Below, in pieces: positions 28,989 through 42,136 of a stretch of 64,000 nucleotides of DNA. Source of the DNA: Lama glama (lineage: Eukaryota); the NCBI GenBank assembly GCA_028534125.1, contig CM052816.1, positions 21,330,001 to 21,394,000 of the forward strand, written 5' to 3'. The position numbers were made by a program, and so were the translations under genes. The notes under the pieces were generated by a model. It was not told the origin of the DNA. It ran no database searches and saw only the letters and a list, made by a program, of their open reading frames with translations. Position 1 is the stretch's first letter, and the number at the start of each line of letters is the position of its first letter.

Positions 28989-30358
28989 AATAGACAATTC
29001 TGGTTCAGTTTGTTGCTGGCCTTTGTCTTACTCTTGAAGTGAGCACAGTCTGTGTGAGTACATGCTGAGTTTGGAGGGAGGATCTGCATGTGTGCAGACT
29101 CAGCACTCCTATCCCGCTGGTGGCAGAAGTTGCTGGGTTGCTAGTTATGCCATGGGTGGAAGTGTTCTAGCAGGACTTAGTGGGGATGTGGGCCCAGGGA
29201 CACAGGCAGGAGCTGAGTCTAGCTTCCTGTCCATGGTATACCCAGAGCCTAGGATGGTGCAGGTTAAAGAGTAGGTGATCAATGAATGAATGAATGAGTG
29301 AGTGATTAAAAGGGACTTCTGGGACTGGCCAGAGAATTAAAATGAGTTGCAGGATTTCCCCTGGGAGGAGGGCAGTGTAGGAATCTGTAACTAGGTCTCT
29401 TCCTGGCCTATGAGAAGAGTTTGGCAGACCGGTCCCACTGCCGGTTTAGGAAAGGAGCCAGACACCCTCTTCGTGGAGCCCAGAGTGCTGTGGCCTGGGG
29501 GAGTTCTTCTTCACCTCACCTGACGTTGTGGCATAACAAAAGGGGCAGAGAAATGCTGGGAGACAGTTGTATTGGGAACGTTGGGTCTTAGAGGTGCCCA
29601 CCATCCATATTCCCAGAAGAACAGCAGCATCAGGCAGAACAACAACACTCCAGTCTGCCTGTTCATGACTGTTAGGACCGTAACTGGAGGTTACTCTGCT
29701 TGAGAAAATTACTCAAGGATCCAAAAAATATATATTCTTTAAAATATATCTTAAAACTAAGACCTGGAGGAGAGGCCCAGTAAGAGTATCAGCTATGCCA
29801 TTAATCCCTGCATGTATTTACTGATCACAGGCCCTGCAATGTGTGCTGGGAGACAGTTGCAGGCATGTGCTGGAGGTCCTTACAGGTGATGCCATTACCC
29901 TGGGCATTGTCTGCATGGATTGCACGTGTTGTGCTTGACTGCTTGTGTGAAACAACCATTCCTGCTCTTTCTGGGCATTTGGCAGGTGGGAGAATGCAGG
30001 TCCTGCTGTGCGAGAAGACATGTTTTCCTTCCAGCACAAACCCAGGCATTGTGGTCAGCACTCTGCCATTGCCTAGGCTCCCAACGTGTGCACCCACCAA
30101 GCCCCAAGAACTGTGCCTGAGCCAGTGAAGAGGAAGATGGGTCAGCACAGCCCCACACTGACTGCTCTAGAAACTGACAGGAAATAGGAAACACAGTTTG
30201 TGAAGAGACTGAATGTCAATTCAATTCAATTCAGCAAATATTTACTGAGCTCCCATGTGTTCCAGGGCTGTTCTAGGACTAGGATCCATCAGTGAATAAA
30301 ACAGACAAAATTCCCTGCCCTGGTAAACATGTATTCTTTCTCGAAAATAGTCATTTTC

Positions 30359-30895
30359 TAGCCAAGATGTGGAAGCAACCTACAAATGTCCATCAACAGA
30401 TGAATGGATAAAGAAGATGTGATGTGTATACACAATGGAATACTACTCATCCATAAAAAAGAATGAAATTTTGCCATTTGTAACAACGTGGATGGACCTG
30501 GAAGGTATTGCGTCTCGTGAAATAAGTCAGAGAAAGACGAATACTGTATGTTATCCCTTACATGTGGAATCTAAAAAATTAAACAAACTAGTGAATATAA
30601 CAAAAAAGAAACAGAGTCATAGATATAGAGAAAAAACTAGAAGTTACCAGTGGGGAGAGGGAAGTGGAGAAGGGACAACATAGGGGTAGAGGATTAAGAG
30701 GTACAAACTACTATATGTAAAATAAATAAGCTACAAAGATATACTTCACAGCACAGGGAAAATAGCCAACATTTTACAATAACTGTAAATGAAGTATAAT
30801 CTATAAAAAATTTGAATCACTATGTTGTATACCTGAAACTAATATAATATTGTAAATCAATTTTAAAAATTAAAATTAATTTGGCAGGAACAAAA
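30359..30895 (+). mobile_element. L1 3'-end fragment with TSD
   Basis: MEYYSSIKKNEILPF ORF2 end; aaaat(a/g)gtcattttc at 30344-30358 and 30896-30910. Confidence 0.85.
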
Positions 30896-33800
30896 AAAAT
30901 GGTCATTTTCCCACTTCTTTATCAAGGTCCAATATAGTTCTTGTAGATTTAAGCCTAGAATATTCTATCTAAAATCCCACTGAGAAACTCTTACCAATCC
31001 CCCATGTCTCGGAGAAGCTAAAAGCAATCAGTTCTGTATGCAACTAACCAAAATAGGTCTTCTTAGATCTATCAAGGACTTTTAAGGCAGAAACGATGGT
31101 CCTCCAGCTGATTCTACTTCCTGTGTAGAAGCAAAGCCATCCAGGTGGTCCCTGGCCAGAGAGAGTGGGATTCTTACAAGTCACATCAATTCCCCCCTCA
31201 CCCAGGCCTAACTACTGTGGGGCTCCTAGGACCCAGGGCAACAGGGGAGAGGAATTTGACAGGCTCCAGGTTTAGGAAAACGTTCCCGACTCTTGCATTC
31301 TTCTCAAAACCTTATCGCAATAAGTTGAGTATCTATTTGTGTTCTATCCTAGCGATGTCACTGTTATTGTTCGGTGGGAGGAACCCGTGTAAGATATTAG
31401 GCTGGGTTTTGGAGCACACACAGAAATCTCCCCAGAGAACACCTCAATACAACACATCTAAAACTGAAGTCCCTCTTTGGCAGCCATCCTCATCCCCTGA
31501 AATCTGCTGTTGCTCCTGCTTTTTGTCCTTCTTTCTCTTCCTTTGAGGTTCCCTCATTTGGCTAATATAACCATGGCTACCTCCCCATCACCCTCCTGGA
31601 AGACTCCCTGACTTGTACCCTCCATATCCTTCCATCCACCATTCAGCCTCTGAAATGTCTCTCTGATTCCCTTTCCATCCCTGCTGCCTCAGTCAAGGCC
31701 CTTTCCTCTCACCTAGACTCGGCCATCACCAGCTCCCTACTTCAGGCTCTCCCCATGCCCAGTCAGGGCTGTTGTTAAAATACACTAATCCATATGTCAC
31801 TGCTGGGCATCAGAACCTCTGGCTCACCACTACCTCAGGTCCAACCTCCTTCACAGGTCACACCTCTGTCTCGACCAAGCCCTATCATTCAGAAATACAG
31901 GCAAGTCTCACTGAACGTTGTTTGCACGAAAATGCTAACCAGGAGCGCCGTTTCCATTATTTTAAATGGGAAAATTTTTCTTGCATTACATCTCAATCCA
32001 AAATCCTCAACCAATTTTCCAAAACATAAAACACAGTAAAATGCCTGTATATAAGCAACAAGCTAATATGTTAGGTAGTAAAATATTTGTAAATCTTTAT
32101 CTCTGTATTTATTTAATAAACTGTCGTAAAATAAGGATGTAAAATATTTAAAACTATCCTTCCTGATCATTAAAACATTAATATAGCTGCTTTATTTGTA
32201 TGACATGCTGTATGTGCCCTTAGTTGACATTCAGAGCCTTTCCAGTTGTCTACTGTGAACTTCAATATGCTCCAATTGCACTTGGAATGAACCTCAAGAC
32301 TTTCTCTGTTGAGCTCCCCACCCTCATCACTTTGTGTAAAAATGCACTGAGTTTGGGGGGACATATATCTAATAGTTTTTTCTATATAAGTATTGGTATA
32401 AAAGCATTGTACTGAAAGGCACATATGTTCTACAAAGAAATGTTCTACATGGAAAACATTAACTGGGGAGAAATTCTGTAGGGAATGCTAGTTCTCATTC
32501 TTCCTAGAATACTCCATGGATTTTCATACCTCTGTGCTTTTGCCTGCACTGTCTTGGTACAACTGCCTTTTCCCACACAGGGAACACACAACCATCCTTT
32601 AGGTATTTTCGTTCCTCTCTCTCTTGGCTCTCACAGTCCAGCTCTAATGCTACCTCCTCTTTGATTCTCTCTCTGCGTAGCCCAGCAGTATTAGGTGTCC
32701 TGCATTACTTGGAATATTCCTTTATCAGAGTTCTTACTTTTATATTGCAGCATTTTCAGATCCATCTTATACATCACTGTCTAATTATCAGTCAGAATAG
32801 TGTAGATGATGCTACACTAATAAATTACCTCTGAATCTGAATCACACAGAGTCTACCATGGGTGTGGTCTGGGCAGCCCTGCAGAGCAGCTGTCCTCCAC
32901 GTGTTGGCTCAGTTTTCCAGAATGCTTCCACCTTACGGTGCCTCCATAGCAAAACTGCTTTTGCAATTCCCTTGGCAGAGAACAGCAGTCATGGAGAAAC
33001 ACACCCCAGTTCTTAAATACTTCCACTTGCAGCACATTGGTTAGATTAAGTCACACTGCCATGGACAATGAAGGGGCAAGAGAAATACAATTCTCCCATG
33101 TGCCCAGAAAGAGAAGAGAATCAGAAATATTGAAGAGTAACACTAACATCTAACACAATAAACTCTCAACAAATGTTCACAATGTTCTAGTGCTTCGCCA
33201 AGGTGGAGGGACCCAATTACTGTTTACTGACCTCTTATTATGGTTAGAGCTTTCCTAGACATTTTATATCACTGTCTCAATTAAGTCTCACCACAAGCCA
33301 ATGCAAGATAGCATTACTCTTTTTTTATCACATGGAATCAAAGGCTCAGAGAGTTTAAATTATTGGCTAACATCACACAGCTAATAAGTGATACAGCTAA
33401 TAAACCCTAGTATGTCTCATTTCAAACCTCCCATAATTTCAGAGGAAGCCTTATTCTCTTGGCCTTAAGAAACCAGTGAAGTAAAAAAGATGGGCAGTTT
33501 GTGGTCCTCAGCTCAGTTAGCAGCACCCTAAAGTGTCTGCGAGCAGAAGTAAGAAGGGAGAGCTGGGGTGGAGGAAGGGAAAGTGCACTTCTCTATAGAA
33601 TTCCATCCCTGCTGCATGTTTCTGCACTCCACTGTGGGTCAGGGGATGCGCAAGCATGCCTCTTTGGTTTTGACCTTATCTATCAGTTCACTAGATCATG
33701 AGGACTGTTTTCTTCCAAACTGTCCACCTGACCCAGGGAGTAAGGAGAGACTAATCCTGGTCCATAAGACTAGAGCAGCAGAGAAAGGAAACTCATTCAG

Positions 33801-34404
33801 TTCACCTGTAGTCACAGTCCTCATATTATACTTAGCTCTTTAGCCAGTGCTGTGTTGTTACCAGGAACCAAGAAAGACTATCTTCCTTGAGAACAGACCC
33901 TGCTCTTTTCTGAAAATAAGCCAGTGAGAGCCTACGTAATCAACACCTTCCATGTGAAAAGCTCAGGGCTCTGGCCAGCACACTGACAAGTGATCCCATT
34001 CTCATATCATCCCATAAATCTCAGTCACCATAAACCAGAAGCCAGGTGATATATCAGATACTCAAGCAACCTGGCAGGTGCTTGTTAAGCAATCTACCTT
34101 CAAACACTTTTGCATAGTCAAGAACAGAAGTCAAAAATTTCCATGTGACCTCTGAGCAGAGAAATCAATGCTCAGAGCACCAGGAGAAAATGGCTCAGCC
34201 GCTTCTGAAACTTGAGCAAACACTGAGATGGAGTCATCTGACTTGGCCACTTTCCCCTGGGGAATACCTACCCATCACCACTGCTGCGTAACCACAGAAA
34301 TTCCCGTGGGGTCTTCAAAGAGCACATTTCCCTGAGCCCAGTCCAGTCCTGCTCTGCTGACAAACTAGCAGGGTGATGACATATGGTCGAAGTAAGATGT
34401 ACAC

Positions 34405-34785
34405 TGTGTTATTTTTCTAGGGCTGCCATAATGAAAAATCACAGATTGTGTGGCTTAAACAACAGAAGTTTATTTTCTTTAGTTCTGGGGGCTAAATGTC
34501 CAAGATCTAGGTGACGGCAAGTTATCTTCCTCTGAAGCCGCTCTCCTTGGCAGATGGCAGCATTTTCACCGTGTCCTCGCATAGTCTTGCGTCTGTTACC
34601 TCTCTGTATGGACTAATCTCTTCTTATAAAGACATCAGTTAGCCTGGATTAGGGTGCACCCTAATGTTCTCATTTTAACTCACTCACCTCTTTAAAAGCT
34701 CTGTCTCAGTACAATCACATTCTCAGGTACTAGGAGTTAGGGCTTCAACGTACAAATTTTGGAGAATACAGTTTAAGTCATAATG
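34405..34785 (-). mobile_element. MaLR MLT1A-like solo LTR
   Basis: Characteristic ctagggctgccataa...tggcttaaacaacagaa and gttagggcttcaac motifs; near-TSD tacac/tacat. Confidence 0.8.
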
Positions 34786-35289
34786 TACATTAAAAGAAGA
34801 CAATTTCCTCTGGCATCTAGGATAGTACAGAGGCCTACCTCCATGAGGAGCAGACAGATCACATTTTCCCCTCCATTTTAGGGACCCACAGAATATAGAA
34901 ACAGCAGTCTGTACACGTGTAAAACAAAGTGTGGGAAAACCAACTCAGGAGGCCCCAAGGCTTTTCTGACGTAGTGCGGTGTGGACAGCTGCACAAAGTA
35001 GCTTCTGCCAGGGCCTCTCAGGCAGGTAGGGGAACCTCACAGCGCTGTGGTGTGTGCCCAGCCCCAGAGCCAGCAGCTTCACTCCCTGTAGGCCCAAGTT
35101 CTGGTGAATACTTCTCACTGAGAAAGCTCCCTGTGACAGGTGGCCCCAAACAAAATCCAAGGCAAATGCCAGACAGCTTCCTGATGGGTCTTCCCATCTG
35201 TCTACTCTGTGACCCATTCTCAAGGCTCATGGTGGAGGGATCTTACTGAAACCAAGCTAAGCAGGCCATTGCTCTGCATCCCCAGCACC

Positions 35290-37720
35290 CAAAGGAAGAA
35301 GTCATAGGAGACACAGAGGATAAAATGAGAACATCTAACACGTATCTAATCAGAGTTCTAGAAAGACCAAGCAAAAAGAATGAGGAAGTAGAAAAATTTT
35401 CCACTAACAGTGAAAACACCGATCTATGGCTTCAGGACATCTAGTGAATTCCAGGATAAATTAAAAGAAACCCATACCTAGCTACATCATGGTAAAAACC
35501 TAGAACACCAAAGGAAAAAAAAATCTAAAGTGCAGTCAGAGAGAAAAGATAGATTGCCTACAAAGGAAATACAATTAGAGTGAAAGCTGATTTCTCAATA
35601 GCAAAAAAATTGAAGGCTGGTGACCATAGAATGTTATTTTAAAAACGCTAGACCAACTATATTTCAATTAAAAATGCTAGAAAAAAACTGTTAATGTAGA
35701 ATTCTATGATCAGTGAAAATTTCCTTCAAAAATAAGGATGAACCAAAAACATTTTAAAAAATAGACTATTTTTTAGAAGTTTTAGGTTTACAGCAAAATT
35801 GAGCATAAAGTACAGAATTTCCTTATTCCCTCTGACCCGACATATGCACAGCCTTCCCCGCTATCCACAATCCCCACCAGAGTGATACATTTGTTGTAAT
35901 CTATGAACCTACACTGACTCATCATTATCACCCAAAGTCCATAGTTTACCTTAGGAGTCACTCTTGTGTTGTACATCCTATGAGTACATCCTATGAGTTT
36001 GGGCAAATGTATAATGACATGTGTCTACCATTATAGTATCACACAGAATAGTTCCACCAACCTAAAAATCCTCTGTACTCTGCATTTTCATCCCTCCCTT
36101 CGTTCTAACCCCTGGAAACCACTAATATTTTTACTATTTCCATAGTTTTGCCTTTTCCAAAAATTGTATCATTGGCATCATATAGTACATAGCCTTGTCA
36201 GTTGGCTTCTTTCGTTAGTAATAGATATTACAGGTTCTTCCATGTCTTTTCATGGCTTGATAGCTTACTGCTTTTTTCTTCAATTGAGGTATAGTCAGTT
36301 TACAATGTTGGGTCAATTTCTGGTATATAGCACAATTTTTCAGTCATACATGAATATACATATATTCATTTTCACATACTTTTTCACCATTAGCTACTAC
36401 AAGGTCTTTTATATATTTCCCTGTGATATACAGTATAAACTTGTTTATCTATTCTACATATGCCTGTCAGTATCTACAAATTTCGAACTCCAGTCTGTCC
36501 CTTCCCACCCCACTCCCCCTGGAAACCACAAGTTTGTATTCTATGTCTATGAGTCTGTTTCTATTTTGTATTTATGTTCTTTTTTTTTTTTTTTTAGATT
36601 CCACATATGAGCGATCTCATATGGTATTTTTATTTCTCTTTCTGGCTTACTTCACTTAGAATGANNNNNNNNNNNNNNNNNNNNNNNNNNNNNNNNNNNN
36701 NNNNNNNNNNNNNNNNNNNNNNNNNNNNNNNNNNNNNNNNNNNNNNNNNNNNNNNNNNNNNNNNNNNNNNNNNNNNNNNNNNNNNNNNNNNNNNNNNNNN
36801 NNNNNNNNNNNNNNNNNNNNNNNNNNNNNNNNNNNNNNNNNNNNNNNNNNNNNNNNNNNNNNNNNNNNNNNNNNNNNNNNNNNNNNNNNNNNNNNNNNNN
36901 NNNNNNNNNNNNNNNNNNNNNNNNNNNNNNNNNNNNNNNNNNNNNNNNNNNNNNNNNNNNNNNNNNNNNNNNNNNNNNNNNNNNNNNNNNNNNNNNNNNN
37001 NNNNNNNNNNNNNNNNNNNNNNNNNNNNNNNNNNNNNNNNNNNNNNNNNNNNNNNNNNNNNNNNNNNNNNNNNNNNNNNNNNNNNNNNNNNNNNNNNNNN
37101 NNNNNNNNNNNNNNNNNNNNNNNNNNNNNNNNNNNNNNNNNNNNNNNNNNNNNNNNNNNNNNNNTATCATTTGTGAACTTTTGAATGATGGCCAGCTCAC
37201 TGCTTTTTTAGTGCTGAATATTCCATTGCCAAGATGTACCACATTCAGATAATGTATTTATCCATTAATCTACTGAAGGACATCTTGGTTGTTTACAAAT
37301 TTTGGCAATTATAAATAAAGTTGCTATAAACAGTTGTGTGCAGGTTTTTTTGTGTGGACGTTGAGTTGTCAAATTACTTGTGTAAATACCAAGCAGCGTG
37401 ACTGCTGAATTGTATATTAAGAATATGTTTAGTTTTTATTAGATTCTGCCAAACTGTCTTCCAAAGTGGCTGTATCATTTTGCACTCCCACCAACAATGA
37501 CCGAGAGCTCCTGTTGCTCTACATCTTTACCAGCATTTGATGTTGTCAGTGTGTTGGATTTTGGTCGTTCTGCTAAGTATGTAGTGGTATCTCATTGTTT
37601 TAGTTTGCAATTTCAAGATGACGTATGATGTTGAGTGTCTTTTCGTAAGCTTACTTGCCATCTGTATATCTTCTCTGCTGAGGTGTCGTTTGTGTTCTAT
37701 GCCCATTTTTAAACCAGCTA
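35290..37720. mobile_element. Nested L1 cluster (old ORF1-like fragment on plus, L1M 3' end on minus, younger L1 3' end on minus spanning the gap)
   Basis: Recognisable L1 3'UTR motifs. The inner element is bounded by agct(t/c)actgcttttt at 36262-36276 and 37194-37208. Confidence 0.75.
36665..37164. other. Assembly gap (500 N)
   Basis: Run of exactly 500 n. Confidence 1.
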
Positions 37721-38849
37721 AAAACATTTTAAGAGGAATAGAAACCAAGAAAACACATTACCAATAAACTTTCACTAAAAGGACTTTGATGGATTGTGGG
37801 GAGGAAGGTCTGAAATGCAAGAAGGAATTAAACAGTCATTATTTTATACAGAATGATGTTATTTCTTCCAGAAATCATTTACTTTACTTCAAGCAAGCAG
37901 TTAGGGTAAACAGATTGTCCTGATTTAGCCTGAGATACAGATGACCGAAAGCTGGACTTGGGTTTTAAAAGACTGGTCTATTTTACATTAGTTCATATTC
38001 TCAGAGCGTAATTCTTCAGAGGTCCCAAATGAAAGCCTGGCAGTATTACAGGAACCCCGCCTCTTTGGTGGGCCCTGACGTTCCATTTTTGTTCCTCCTT
38101 ACCCGTGAGACTGCCTAAAACTCTGCTTTATCCACAGTCCCTCAGCCACAGCTTTTCTATCAGCTTCTCTTCCACTCAGCTTCTCAACCTCTAGACCACT
38201 GCCTACTAGTTAGTAAGTGCAAAAAGGCAAAAGTTATGCCAAGTGTCAGGCTCACTTCTAAGCTTTCCTTCTCTCTAGGACCTTAGTCTCTTAAGTCTTC
38301 ACTGCCTTACTAGCTCTCTGATTGTTTAAAATAGATTTTAAAAATCATTTAACCAGCTTTCCTAATTGTGCTCAGCCAAAGGGCTAGTTGTGCAACCTAG
38401 TCTGCCTAAGCATGAATTGAAAATATCCTTTTTTTTTAATTGAAGTATAGTCAGTTTACATTGTTGTGTCAGTTTCTGGTGTACAGCATAATGTTTCAGT
38501 CACACATTTAGATATATATATTCTTTTCATATTCTTTTTCATTATTTTTTTCTTCTGGTTTTTGCAGAGGCCAAAAAGGTAAACTGAGTTGGAATATAAA
38601 AGGGATCACCACTTGAATGTTGAAATGTATGAAATAGTCTTTCATGGTGGACATTATCCAGGACTAAAATATTGCCTTTGATTTACTATCTTGACGAGGG
38701 TTGGGATAGTTTCAAGGCCTTTCACTTGACCTTTACTTCATGGGTCAGAGAACCAATATGAAGGTTCTCCCAAGTACTGAGAATGTTTATCCCACTTGTA
38801 CAGTAAAGAACTAGGAAAATAATCACAGGGTGTAAAAAAAGACTTATGC

Positions 38850-39568
38850 TAGATTCCTTAAAAAAAAACTTAAAATAGATTTACCCTATGATCCAGCAGT
38901 CTCACTCCTGGGCATATATCTGGAAGAATCTCTAATTCAAAAATATACATGCACCCCCATGTTCATAGCAGCCCTGTTTACAATAGTCAAGACATGGAAG
39001 CAACCTAACTGTCTTATCAACAGATGACTAGATAAAGAAGATGTGGTATATGTGTGTGTGTACACACACACACACACACACACACAATGGAATACTACTC
39101 ATCCATAAAAAAGAATAAAATAATGCCACTTGCAGCAACATAGATGGACCTGGAGATTGTCATATCAAGTGATGTAAGCCAGAAAGAAAGAAAAATAGCA
39201 AATATCACTTACATGTGGAATCTTTAAAAAAAAAAAAGGACACAAATGAATTTATTTACAAAACAGAGACAGACTCATAGACATAGAAAACAAACTTATG
39301 GTTACCAGTAGGGAAAGGGGATCAGGAGGCATAAATTGGGATTTCGGGATTTGTAGATACTACTATATACAGATAAACAACAAGGTCCTACTGTATAGCA
39401 CAGGGAAATATATTCAATACCTTGCAATGGCCTATAATGAAAAAGAATATGAAAAGGAATATATATATATATATACACACACACATATATATATAAATGA
39501 GTCACCATGCTGTACACCAGAAATTAACACATCATTGTAAATCGACTATACTTCAATTAAAAAAAAAA
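38850..39568 (+). mobile_element. L1 3'-end fragment inserted into the ERVL protease region
   Basis: aaaaaaagact(t/c)atgc at 38834-38849 and 39562-39577; internal (TG)(CA)n at ~39050-39086. Confidence 0.88.
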
Positions 39569-39929
39569 GACTCATGCCAAAGCTCCATTTGTCACTTATC
39601 CTATGTAAGTTTCATTCTAATAAGAAAATCATGGTGGCATTTAGATATTCCAGGTGTCAGCTCAGACCTCATATGTATCAATCTTTGAAGAATCTGAGTA
39701 TTTCCCTTACCAATGCATGGTTATTCTGATGAATGGCTCTAGGTCTTTTTGGTAAAAGATTGAAGAAAGTTTATTGCATGTACATACAGTGCAATTGTAG
39801 GCTTTTCCTGTTTAATGAATGGACACTGGGTTTATGATCTGGGAAATTAGTGAAGGGCCTGATTTCCCACTGTGGTGGCTGATGTCAGGTCTCTACCCAC
39901 AAGCTCTTGAGTCTATCTGACTACATATA

Positions 39930-40096
39930 CACTCAGCCCTCCATATCCTCAAGTACCTCTGGATGTGAATGCGTGGATATGGAAGGCCAACTGTTCTGTG
40001 CTATTTTATATAAGGAACTTAAGCATCCCTGGATTTTGGTGCTCACAGGGACCCTGGAACCCTCACAGAGAACCTGCCAATACCACTGGATGACTG
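39930..40096. mobile_element. MER2/Tigger-type MITE
   Basis: Termini cactcagccctc...ggatgactg flanked by TA dinucleotides. Confidence 0.65.
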
Positions 40097-40929
40097 TATG
40101 TTGAATAGCAAGTTGATTAATAACATCTCTCTTGCCTCTAGGAAAAATTTAATGTAATGGCCGCCACTATATATCCCTGAGGGTCATGGATCAAGGCATA
40201 CTGATTGCTCTTATAGCCTTGCTGCTTATTGTAGTAGTTAAGTCCACCTTGCTTCTAATGATTAAGTGGCCCTAACCTGACCTCTGCCGTGCTAGGGATC
40301 CCACCTTGACCACTGATACTAGGAATACCATGTCAGTGTCAGCATCCCCTCCTTCAACTCAGCTTACAGAGAACATCAACTACCATGATTTGCAGTGATG
40401 CCTGTTTCTCCTCACTAGTGCATCCTCTGCTGTGTTAGTGAAGAAGCCTTCTCCGTGCCCTCTAGGGAACATAGTTGGAGCTTCAACACTATGGAAAGGA
40501 AGTTCTGGCATCTCCATTTCATATTCTGTAGGCCATGACCAGGTCAGGTTTCCAGCAAACTACCAGAATATGCTCTAAGTGTTCCTGTTCTGTCTCCTGA
40601 TTGGGCCCTAACTGACACAAGCTATCTGAGAACTGACTCTGATTATTGGCCTGGAGGCAATGAGGATTGTTGAGGAAGGGTCATGAGGAGAGCAAATGCC
40701 AACTTGTGAAGCACATGTTTCAAGAAAAATAATTATTATGTCTCCAAGCAAGGAGAAGCTACTCTGCACTCGTAAGGGGAGAGGGATGCTTCTGCCAGTT
40801 AAGGATGCCTCAGAAGAACTGAGGGTTTCAAGAGTCTCAGCTTTTCCTACCCAAATGTTCCTATACCAGGTCTCACGGTTTCACCCTTTCCCTATAAGAG
40901 CGCCAACTTTGACAAAGAAGAATGACAAT

Positions 40930-41390
40930 TTTTAGATGAGTTGCTTGTTTTTTTATTATTAAGTTGTATGAGCTGTTTATATATTCTGAAAATTAAGCCC
41001 TTGTCATTCTAAGTGAAGTAAGCTAGAAAGACAAAGAAAAATACCATGCGATATCACTTATATGCGGAATCTAAAAAGAAAAAAGACAAACAAACTTATT
41101 TACAAAACAGAAAACAAACTTACGGTTACTAGGGGGGAAGGGTGTGGGAAGGGATAAATTGGGAGTCCAAGATTTGCAGATACTAACTAATATATATAAA
41201 ATAGATAAACAACAAGTTCATACTACATAGCACAGGGAACTATATTCAATATCTTGTAGTAACATGGTGAAAAAGAATATGAATACGAATATATGAATGT
41301 TCATGTATGACTGAAGCATTGTGCTGTACACCAGAAATTGATGTAACATTGTAAACTGACTATACTTTAATAAAAAATATACATACAAAG
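40930..41390 (+). mobile_element. 5'-inverted L1 fragment
   Basis: 40930-41006 is antisense L1 ORF2-end sequence joined to a sense L1 3'UTR at 41007-41385. Confidence 0.75.
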
Positions 41391-42136
41391 AAAAAAACAA
41401 CTCAAGAATGGTACACACAACTATTCTCCCTTGAAGCTCTACAAAGACCTGCAAATAATCAGAGCATGAGCCTAATTTTCAGCTCAGTCTGCCCATGGCT
41501 GCAGGAGAAAAGGGTCTCCCTTCAGGTTGTCATAGACCTTCTAGTTTTCAGAGTATACCTTAAACTGGGATAAGATTGCCCTGAGCCTTTCACTAGCTTT
41601 CAGTAAGATCACCAGTGCTGTCAGAAGAGTCATTGTACTCTGCAATTCTTATAAATAACATGGTTCCCATAAGTCCCAGTCACTTCAACTGCCATTGCCT
41701 GGCTCTCCATCTGCCCTTCATCCAAATTAACCAGATTTTAAAGTTTAAGAAATTGCAAAGCCACTGCATACCACAAGTTATTGCCAATCTACTTATTCTC
41801 AACAATAGGTTTCTATTATTTTAGAGAGGTGAGCCATTAAACTTCAAAATTTCATTCCAAGGGTTCAGCACGCCTGATACCAATTGTCACAGCCAAGATC
41901 TCCTCAGAAAGCAGAGCCTGAGGCAAAGATTAAAGTGCTGCACTTTATTTGGGAGTTATAAGCCTAGGTGATGAGGCTCAGGAAAAAGGGGAAGTGAGGG
42001 AAGAAAGATGTACAGCAATGTGACGTGATATACTGGCCACAGCATGACATGGAGGCATAAAGAAACATAGCAAGTCTCTCAGTAGGTATGTTTGCTTGTC
42101 ACATGGAATTGCTCCAGAAGTGTTGAAAGGAAAAAC

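Larger units (their letters stand above)
38550..42135 (-). mobile_element. Fossil ERVL provirus: partial 5' LTR, tRNA-Leu-like PBS, degraded gag, protease and start of RT
   Basis: Minus-strand translations resemble ERVL pro-pol: QKDLEPFIRITMHW (~39750-39710), HPVIIFLVLYCTSGINILSTWENLHIGSLT (38832-38743), KIVNQRQY and VVIPFIFQLSLPFWPLQK (~38612-38560). PBS-like TGGTATCAGGCGTG at 41882-41869 lies next to the LTR terminus at 41885. Confidence 0.8.

Noticed and set aside
36607..37242. 189-196 aa ORFs
   Set aside because: Artefacts of translating through the N gap.
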